Below, one piece after another: positions 57,308 to 64,000 of a DNA stretch of 64,000 nucleotides. How positions within the stretch are numbered: position 1 is the stretch's first letter; every line of letters begins with the position of its first letter. Source of the DNA: Mageeibacillus sp. (lineage in GTDB: Bacteria > Bacillota > Clostridia > Saccharofermentanales > Saccharofermentanaceae). The translations under genes and the position numbers were made by a program. The stretch covers positions 73,635 through 137,634 of the forward strand of contig JAKVLB010000002.1 of the NCBI GenBank assembly GCA_022484595.1. Direction: 5' to 3'. Below the pieces are notes generated by a model. That model saw only the letters and a list, made by a program, of their open reading frames with translations, was not told the DNA's origin and made no database searches.

Positions 57308-58321
57308 CTACAGACGACCGATTTTGACAAGTCTGACGACACATGACTCGATGAATTTCTGGACTTCCTTCTCATAAAGAGCCTGCGCGCGTTCATAGGA
57401 CTCAAGGTGCCCTGCGCCGTCAACAACTATCATCCTCTTGGCAGAACGGAGATTGTCATAGATTCCGCGGACTTCAGAAGGAACCGTTATGTGATCGTCA
57501 CCGCCTTCAAAAATCAGTACCGGCACTTTTATCTTGCCTGCGTTGAGCGCGCAGTCGCACATATTTATGTCAAAACCGAAGCGTTTGGATGTCAATTTAC
57601 GGATTCTGTAAAGAAAAAAATCAGGGCGCATATGATATTCTTCTGCAGCGGCCGAACGCAACACTCCGGTCAGAGAAGAAGCCGGTGAATCCGCTATGAT
57701 TCCGCAGACATTCGGACAGAAGCCCGGCTGCTGCGCCGCCAGAAGCGCCGCCGTAGCTCCTATTCCACGGGCACATATATAGATTCTGCAGTTATCTCCG
57801 AGTCTCTTGCGGGTAAATTCAAACCACGGTTCAAGGTCAACACTCTCGCGAAGACCGTACGTGAAATACTTGCCGCCGCTCATGCCGTGCGAACGCATGT
57901 GTAATATCAGGCAGTTGCACTGAACCTTCTTCATAAGAAGCTTGGCATAGGCCGCCATCTGCGAAGGCTGTTCGTTATAACCGTGAATCAGTATCACCAT
58001 GTTCCGGCATGACCTGTCGGATGAAGGTCTGAAATAGGCGCTAAGTGCCGTGCCGTCAAACGAATGCATGCTCACGTTGAGCCACTCGTTGCGGTATGTG
58101 TAGAACCAGTTGCGACCGCGGCCGAATATTGTTGACTGATCTATCGATTTTGGGGACCTGTCGACCTGCGGAAGAGGCCTTGGGCGGCGATAGATTTTCG
58201 CGAAAAGTTTGTCGCAGTAGGAATTCATCGCAACCGCAAAAGCTCCCCCTGCAAGCAGAAGAATAGCCGGCACGAGAATTGCTGCAAGCAGTCCCGGATT
58301 AACTGACATATTACAGGGCAA
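57308..58321 (-). CDS. Alpha/beta hydrolase (YqkD-like) with altered nucleophile elbow
   Basis: N-terminal TM, VILIHGY, R.HG.SGG...YG..E..D, I.ADSP, D..VP and GAGH. The GxSxG elbow reads ARGIG. Confidence 0.8.
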   Translation of the reverse strand: MPCNMSVNPGLLAAILVPAILLLAGGAFAVAMNSYCDKLFAKIYRRPRPLPQVDRSPKSIDQSTIFGRGRNWFYTYRNEWLNVSMHSFDGTALSAYFRPSSDRSCRNMVILIHGYNEQPSQMAAYAKLLMKKVQCNCLILHMRSHGMSGGKYFTYGLRESVDLEPWFEFTRKRLGDNCRIYICARGIGATAALLAAQQPGFCPNVCGIIADSPASSLTGVLRSAAAEEYHMRPDFFLYRIRKLTSKRFGFDINMCDCALNAGKIKVPVLIFEGGDDHITVPSEVRGIYDNLRSAKRMIVVDGAGHLESYERAQALYEKEVQKFIESCVVRLVKIGRL

Positions 58322-59552
58322 TTATTCCCTCCAGATCATCTCTGCCCGAAGAAAGCAATTCACAGCCGTCGGGCGTCACAAGTACATCGTCTTCAATTCT
58401 GAAACCTATAGACCATTCAGGAATATAGACTCCCGGCTCAACCGCAAGACAGCATCCCGCGGCAAACGCCCCACTGCGGCCGCCAACGTCATGAACGTCG
58501 AGCCCCAGATAATGCGAGGTGTTATGCCAGTAATAGCTGCGCACATCATCCACACTGAAATTATCTGGGATAAATCCCTGCTTCGCAAGCCATTTGCCGC
58601 AGATGTCATACATTTGTGAATTAAGATCATCGAAAGTTCTCCCGGGTGCAATGAAGCCAAACGCTTCGCGCCTCAGAGTGCGGATAAGCTCAAGAAGCTC
58701 AAGTCTCCTGTCGCCGTTCTCGGGTGCTCCGACAAAATAAACCCTCGATATGTCAGCGCAGTATCCGGCTTCCCTCGCTCCGACATCAATCTGGATGAAT
58801 GAGCCTTCCTGCGCGATTCCGTCCCCGTCATATTCAGGGTCTGAATGATGAAGATAGAACGCGTTTCTGCCGCACGACACTATTGTCTGGAACGCGAAAA
58901 GCATATTCCCCCTTCGCGCCATCTCGTATTCAAGTCTGGTATATATCTCATATTCTGACACACCGGGACGGATTATCTTTTTCGTCTCGGCAAGCGCTTC
59001 CTCAGTAATCGCGGCTGCGCGCCTGACAGCCTCAATCTCAGGAGTCCTCTTGGTGATTCTCAACGAAACCAGAACCTGAGATATATCTTCCGTACACTTG
59101 CCGAAAGTCTTAACCTTTTCCATGAACCTTCTCGGAGCATCCATGATTGATGTTCCGTCCACAAAAACAGACAGACCAGACTCTCTTGCGTAGCCGATAG
59201 CGTCGTCTTCAAATGTATCAAGGTCTCTTATATTGTCTACGGTAAGGCCTGAGAGCTCCGACAGCCTCGCAAAGTCCATGCGTTTGCCGGTCCAGCGTTC
59301 CTTCAAGCCGTCATGTTCCGGCGCATAGAGAGTAAATACCGATTCTTCTCCGTGCTTTACTGCCACCAGGACAAGTCCTGCCAGTGCAAGGCCTGTAAGA
59401 TAATAGAAGTTTCTGTCCGGATGAAAGCGATAACTGTTATCAGCACTCATCGGTTTCTCTTCGCCTGCAAAAATAAAGGCTGCGGAATCGTCCTTCAGTC
59501 CCTGTACAAATCTGTCTCTGTTCTCTTTGAAAAAACTGCTCTCAATGACCAT
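58311..59552 (-). CDS. pepP: Xaa-Pro aminopeptidase (M24B)
   Basis: AMP_N domain (F.PDRNFYYLTG), IDVGA..Y.ADISR, SHYLGLDVHD, VEPGVY and GFRIEDDVLVT. Confidence 0.93.
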   Translation of the reverse strand: MVIESSFFKENRDRFVQGLKDDSAAFIFAGEEKPMSADNSYRFHPDRNFYYLTGLALAGLVLVAVKHGEESVFTLYAPEHDGLKERWTGKRMDFARLSELSGLTVDNIRDLDTFEDDAIGYARESGLSVFVDGTSIMDAPRRFMEKVKTFGKCTEDISQVLVSLRITKRTPEIEAVRRAAAITEEALAETKKIIRPGVSEYEIYTRLEYEMARRGNMLFAFQTIVSCGRNAFYLHHSDPEYDGDGIAQEGSFIQIDVGAREAGYCADISRVYFVGAPENGDRRLELLELIRTLRREAFGFIAPGRTFDDLNSQMYDICGKWLAKQGFIPDNFSVDDVRSYYWHNTSHYLGLDVHDVGGRSGAFAAGCCLAVEPGVYIPEWSIGFRIEDDVLVTPDGCELLSSGRDDLEGIIAL

Positions 59553-60203
59553 TTATCTGACTCCATCCGAACGAACATTGTATTCGTCGAACAGGATCGT
59601 ATTGTTGATATAATTGAGCGTGGCACCCTGAGATCTCCTGATGAGACCCGGATTGCCTATAACTATTGAACCGTCCGGAACGTCGAAATTGACGTACGCA
59701 CCGGGCGCAATAAGAACATTATTGCCTATATTGATATTGCCGACGATAATTGCATTGGCTCCGATCCAGACATAGTTGCCTATGTGCGGAGAACCCTTCC
59801 TCTTGCCTCTGAACTGCGTGCCGATAACAACTCCGGTTGATACATTGACGTTGTGTCCTATCACGCTCTTCGGATGGATAATCACCCTTCCGAAATGCGC
59901 AAGATAAAAGCCCTTGCCAATCTCCGTGTCGTACGGAATCTGGAAATGATACTTGCGGCTCAGGCGATCCAGTCTGAAATTTGTAAATCTGAACTTGATC
60001 TCATAAAGCTTCTTGCGGAAGCCGTCATACTTTGGGATCTGGTCATAATAGAAACGCGTTCTGCGCATCGTGCTTATATAGCTGAATTCAGGACTCGACA
60101 TGCGCTCTTCAAGATAGCAGGCGTATATGTTCTTGTATCTGCGGGTATTGCCCGTATATCTGAACAAATCGGCATATATAATGTCTTTAAGTTCATCTGT
60201 CAT
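59553..60203 (-). CDS. Serine acetyltransferase-like (left-handed beta-helix) acetyltransferase
   Basis: Hexapeptide repeats (IGKGFYLAHFG, IGNYVWIGANA, IGNNVLIAPGA) and VIGNPG. Resembles the polysaccharide-locus type. Confidence 0.85.
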   Translation of the reverse strand: MTDELKDIIYADLFRYTGNTRRYKNIYACYLEERMSSPEFSYISTMRRTRFYYDQIPKYDGFRKKLYEIKFRFTNFRLDRLSRKYHFQIPYDTEIGKGFYLAHFGRVIIHPKSVIGHNVNVSTGVVIGTQFRGKRKGSPHIGNYVWIGANAIIVGNINIGNNVLIAPGAYVNFDVPDGSIVIGNPGLIRRSQGATLNYINNTILFDEYNVRSDGVR

Positions 60204-60335
60204 ATATATGCCTGCCCTCCGTTTGTTTCTTGAAAAATATTATAACTTTTGAGTCAATAACTCAATACACCGACCCTAAAAATTACAAATTTGAAGCTGC
60301 CGCCAATCTGTGGCCGGCATTGATTTGTAACATAG

Positions 60336-61124
60336 TTACAGCTTCATATCCTGTCCGCCGGAGAAAACACCGTCTGTTATTACATCCCATCTGTCAATGT
60401 AAAGTGAAGCAAGCTCCGGATCATACATCTTCCCTCTGTTATTCTCAATTTCCTCAACGGTCCTCGCGCTGCCTATGGATTTACGATAAACTCTGTCACT
60501 CATCATGGCGTCTGTGGAATCACACAATGCGATAAGCCGCGCAATAAACGGTATATTCTCGCCCTCGATCCCGTCGGGATATCCCTTTCCGTCAAATCTC
60601 TCGTGATGATTTCTGACGCCTGCCAGAAGCTCATCAAACTGATTGCTTATGCTGTGCGCAATAGGATTGTTCTGCGGTCTTCTCCCTGCGATTCTGATTA
60701 TCGCCGAACCGCTTCCGATTCTCTCAGCGAAATCAGCCTGAGCCTCAAGTGTTTTCTCAAGAATCTGTTCACCGAGAACAGGATGCTTTTTCATCACGTT
60801 GAATTCTTCTTCAGTAAGTCTTCTCGGTGCCAGCAAAACGCTGTCAGGTATTCCTATCTTGCCAATATCATGAAGCGTCGCCGTAATTCTTACACGTCTG
60901 CGCGCGGCTGCCGAAAGTCCGAGTTCGGCCGCGAACCTTTCGCAAAGTACAGACACGCGCTGCGAATGCCGGCAGCTGTATTCATCTTTTGCTTCAAGTG
61001 CGAAAACAATTCCCGACAGTGAAACTTCCAGATAACTTAGCAGACTTTCACTGAAAATATCAGGACCGTAATCAATAAGCCCTTCCATCTTTCTTTTTAT
61101 CAGTTCATAGTTGTTTCTTTCCAT
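60336..61124 (-). CDS. Stand-alone HD-GYP domain phosphodiesterase
   Basis: T..HS.RV, LHDIGKIGIPD, HP..G, HHERFDGKGYPDG, ARLIA.CD..DAM..DR.YR. Confidence 0.92.
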   Translation of the reverse strand: MERNNYELIKRKMEGLIDYGPDIFSESLLSYLEVSLSGIVFALEAKDEYSCRHSQRVSVLCERFAAELGLSAAARRRVRITATLHDIGKIGIPDSVLLAPRRLTEEEFNVMKKHPVLGEQILEKTLEAQADFAERIGSGSAIIRIAGRRPQNNPIAHSISNQFDELLAGVRNHHERFDGKGYPDGIEGENIPFIARLIALCDSTDAMMSDRVYRKSIGSARTVEEIENNRGKMYDPELASLYIDRWDVITDGVFSGGQDMKL

Positions 61125-61219
61125 ATTCTGAAGTATAGCATTGAAAAATATTCTTTTCTATTTCCAAACAAACTATATAATAACTTTGCAAGTAAATTTC
61201 AGACCGAAGGTATATATAT

Positions 61220-62311
61220 ATGAAGCTTTTGATAATCAATCCGGGATCAACGTCAACCAAAGTAAGTCTGTTCGAGGACGAGAATCTTGTTTTCGAAGAG
61301 AGCATTTTCCACGATGCGCCGGAGCTGCTGAAGTACCCGCACGTCAACGACCAGGTTCCGATGCGCAAGAAGCTTATACTTCACATGCTGACAGATCATA
61401 ATATCGATCCGTCAGAGATTGACGCTTACGTCGGAAGAGGCGGGAGCGCCTATACTCAGCCTTCTGGTGTCACATTCATTGACAAGAGACTCTATGACGA
61501 CACGGTAGCAGGCGTAGGCGGCAGTGAACATCCCGCCAAGCTGGGCGTCATGATAGCTTATGAGCTGTGCAATGAATTCGGCGGCCGCATGTACACACTT
61601 AATCCGACAAACGTTGACGAGCTTTGTGACCTGGCAAGACTGACCGGAATAGCCGGAGTCTACCGCAATGCACAATCACACGTACTTAATCAGAAAGCCG
61701 TCGCGCAGGCTCACGCGCGTCTGTCCGGAACTGAATACGAATTGCAGAATTATATCGTCTGCCATATAGACGGAGGAATAACCGTGAGCGCGCACAACCA
61801 CGGCAGAATGATAGACGGCAATGTGGGAGCTGGAGGCGACGGAGCTTACACTCCGACAAGAATCGGAAGTGTTCCTGTTCTGGCTCTGCTTGACTTTATT
61901 GACTCGCATTCCGTAGAACAGGTCCGCACCATGTGTTCGCGCTCCGGCGGATTTGTCTCGTTCTTCGGGACATCTGACGCGGATACGGTACACTCCATGG
62001 CGGAAAGCGGCGATGCCCGTGCAAAGCTTGTCTGGGACACCATGATATACCAGATCTGCAAACAGATTGGCGCGATGGCTGCCGTTCTCGAAGGCAGCGT
62101 TGACGGAATTCTGCTCACAGGCGGATTTATGCGTTTTAACGATATCATTCAAGGTATCGAGAAGCGCTGCTCATGGATTGCTCCTATATCTGTCTATCCC
62201 GGCGAGATGGAGCAGGAAGCACTGGCGTATGCGGTGCTCGATGTCCTCCGCGGCAATACTGCTGCAAAGACATATACCGGCAAGCCGGTATGGAAAGGCT
62301 TCGGTCTTTAA
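61220..62311 (+). CDS. buk: Butyrate kinase (branched-chain carboxylate kinase family)
   Basis: LIINPGSTSTK, VGRGG, H.LNQKAVA, H..GGI.VSAH..GRMID and YPGEME..AL. Confidence 0.93.
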   Translation: MKLLIINPGSTSTKVSLFEDENLVFEESIFHDAPELLKYPHVNDQVPMRKKLILHMLTDHNIDPSEIDAYVGRGGSAYTQPSGVTFIDKRLYDDTVAGVGGSEHPAKLGVMIAYELCNEFGGRMYTLNPTNVDELCDLARLTGIAGVYRNAQSHVLNQKAVAQAHARLSGTEYELQNYIVCHIDGGITVSAHNHGRMIDGNVGAGGDGAYTPTRIGSVPVLALLDFIDSHSVEQVRTMCSRSGGFVSFFGTSDADTVHSMAESGDARAKLVWDTMIYQICKQIGAMAAVLEGSVDGILLTGGFMRFNDIIQGIEKRCSWIAPISVYPGEMEQEALAYAVLDVLRGNTAAKTYTGKPVWKGFGL

Positions 62312-63774
62312 TCTGCTCTGCTGCTGTCTGCTTCTTCCGGTACTTTCTTTTTCGATCTCATGCTCATAGCACCAAGCGCATCAGTTATCGCTTCGACAAT
62401 ATCGAAAACATACTGCTTCTCCATTATGTATCCGGCACCCTCAATCGAGATATATCCGATAGGTATGTCAAAGAAGCTGATTGACTCGAAAAGGAACACA
62501 TTGCCTGTCCCGCTGCGGTCAAAATAAGGGAACATGCCGTTGATTTCAAGACCGCTGTTGACTTTGGCTCTGGCTCCGTCATAGCTGAGACAGACGTCCA
62601 TGACACCCGGATAACCGTCACGTTCATATGAATAATTGTCAGGAATAATTTCTTCACAAGCGGCTGCAGACAGTTTCTGAATTCTTCTGAACATTGGCTG
62701 AACCGCAATATCAAGAGAATCACAGTGCCACATGGCTACCCATTTCTCAATCTCAACCAGAATATCTTCAAGCGTGCCGCAGTGCTGAAGATGATAACGA
62801 AGCTCTGCGTCTCTTCGGCTGTGCTCTTCACGCTCGACACTGTACAGAATCTGCTTCTTGGTATATTCTCGCATATCGCTTCTTACCGATACCAGATCAT
62901 CTGGTCTTGCCGGCATGCATCCGCAACTGTCCCAGTAGATATTAACCGGCTCAAGCATGCTGCTTCTGCTTACAGCCTTTCCGTTCCAGATATCCGTAAG
63001 CACCTGCGCCGCCATGGCGCCGAGTCTTTCGCGCACAACGCCGGCAGTCGTGATTCTCGGAGTAAAATATCTTGCCTTGTCCAGATTGTCGAAGCCGGTT
63101 ACAAGAAAATTGTCAGGGACTCTCAGATTCTCAAGTTCGGCCTCAGCGATAACACCGACCGCCACATTGTCGTTGGTGCATACAACAACATCAGGTATTT
63201 TTGCGTATGATGCCCTCAAGGCTCTCCATGAAGCTCTTCCGCTGTCGGTATCAAAGCCTCCCTCATGAATCGCATATGATTCTCTCGCCAGTCCCTTGTC
63301 TCTGATAAAATCTTTAACAGCCTTAAGTCTGCTTCTGTTCTCATAGTTGTCTTCAGGTCCGGTGATAAACCAGAAATCGCGAGATGCATGTGAGTAATAC
63401 AGGTGATTCAATATATTCATGAAAGAATGATAGTTATCAGTGCAGACTGAATAAAGTCCCTCAAATTCACCGTTGATGGCAACCGTCGGAACTCCGGAGA
63501 CATTAATCTCCGCGATTATCCTATCAAGCAATTTCCTGTCGGTTGTATTGTTAAGCTCAATAATGATGCCGTCAAAATCTTTGAAATCCGGAAGCTTGTA
63601 TATCTGCCTTTTGCCGGATGCAATCATCTCATCTCCGCATATACCTGCATTGCAGTTGAATACATAAAGATTTGCCTTAACGCCTGTCTTCATGAACTGA
63701 TCCATGATTCCGGACGGCCATGCATAGGTGAAATATTTCTCCCAGCTCTCCATCAGAAGCGCAACTCTCTTCAT
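62308..63774 (-). CDS. LacI/periplasmic-binding-protein-like sugar-sensor domain protein with no evident output domain
   Basis: DFDGIII, TDNY, FITGPEDNYENRSR, VCTNDNVAVG, VTGFDN and PRITT ligand-domain motifs. No N-terminal HTH and no C-terminal GGDEF or kinase domain. Confidence 0.75.
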   Translation of the reverse strand: MKRVALLMESWEKYFTYAWPSGIMDQFMKTGVKANLYVFNCNAGICGDEMIASGKRQIYKLPDFKDFDGIIIELNNTTDRKLLDRIIAEINVSGVPTVAINGEFEGLYSVCTDNYHSFMNILNHLYYSHASRDFWFITGPEDNYENRSRLKAVKDFIRDKGLARESYAIHEGGFDTDSGRASWRALRASYAKIPDVVVCTNDNVAVGVIAEAELENLRVPDNFLVTGFDNLDKARYFTPRITTAGVVRERLGAMAAQVLTDIWNGKAVSRSSMLEPVNIYWDSCGCMPARPDDLVSVRSDMREYTKKQILYSVEREEHSRRDAELRYHLQHCGTLEDILVEIEKWVAMWHCDSLDIAVQPMFRRIQKLSAAACEEIIPDNYSYERDGYPGVMDVCLSYDGARAKVNSGLEINGMFPYFDRSGTGNVFLFESISFFDIPIGYISIEGAGYIMEKQYVFDIVEAITDALGAMSMRSKKKVPEEADSSRAD

Positions 63775-63782
63775 ATAACCTC

Positions 63783-64000
63783 CTACCTGAAGTCTCTTAT
63801 TACACCAAGCGCCTCCAGTACTCTTCCATTATAATCAAACAACGCCTGATTTGCCCACTCATTTCCGCCGGGTCCATTCTCTTTCGTATATTCGAGTGCA
63901 GCCTCCGTCGCCCAGCCGCAGCCCGGAACCGGAATCCACCCCGGTTCCCAGTAATAGAACCCGATAGCCCCCGGAACATCCTTTACAAGCCGCATTATTC
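63783..64000 (-). CDS. GH53 arabinogalactan endo-beta-1,4-galactanase, C-terminal part (runs off window edge)
   Basis: GFYYWEPGWIPV and NQALFDYNG..L are typical of the GH53 C-terminus. The frame is open to the window end. Confidence 0.85.
   Translation of the reverse strand, partial: IMRLVKDVPGAIGFYYWEPGWIPVPGCGWATEAALEYTKENGPGGNEWANQALFDYNGRVLEALGVIRDFR

Noticed and set aside
61206-61222. (TA)n run between SD and ATG of buk as a phase-variation switch
   Set aside because: About 5 units only; similar short TA runs occur upstream of other genes (e.g. near 47196), so it is background.
293-63667. Numerous ORF-track ORFs antisense or out of frame to confident genes (e.g. 580-972, 5784-6434, 15800-16303, 19424-20095, 21132-21920, 29395-30168, 32065-32760, 48554-48874)
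   Set aside because: They are fully overlapped by well-supported genes, show no motifs, and are expected shadows of codon bias.
1-64000. CRISPR array, rRNA, intact transposase or prophage genes
   Set aside because: By eye I saw no regularly spaced 25-45 bp repeats, rRNA-like sequence, DDE transposase or phage structural ORFs.

Overview
A 64-kb chromosomal window from a Clostridia-type (Firmicutes) bacterium, about 50% GC by eye. The gene repertoire suggests a gut or rumen anaerobe, but the species cannot be assigned from sequence alone. Most of the window is housekeeping: mrp, rmuC, a complete T-box-controlled trpEGDCFBA operon, mltG, typA, der, rpmF, murI, tRNA-Gln(CTG), proS, RNase J, recJ-relA, rpsU, hpf, a TPP riboswitch with thiT, buk, and GH3 and GH53 glycosidases. 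One AT-rich accessory island (about 9.9-14.6 kb) carries a LytTR/GHKL two-component system and a 3-gene ABC exporter beside a doubly truncated tyrosine integrase. The strongest candidates for something undescribed are: (1) a translationally coupled operon of a cystatin/stefin-like lipoprotein (QVVAGTNY), an ECF sigma factor and a membrane anti-sigma, behind an ECF-type promoter; (2) an unannotated ~250-nt transcription unit with a strong SD, two overlapping micro-ORFs and long-range pairing; (3) a perfect 20-bp-arm palindrome that forms a symmetric bidirectional promoter; (4) several proteins that keep a known fold but have lost its catalytic or output motif. No CRISPR array, rRNA or intact mobile element was seen. 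All family calls come from motif recognition, without database searches.
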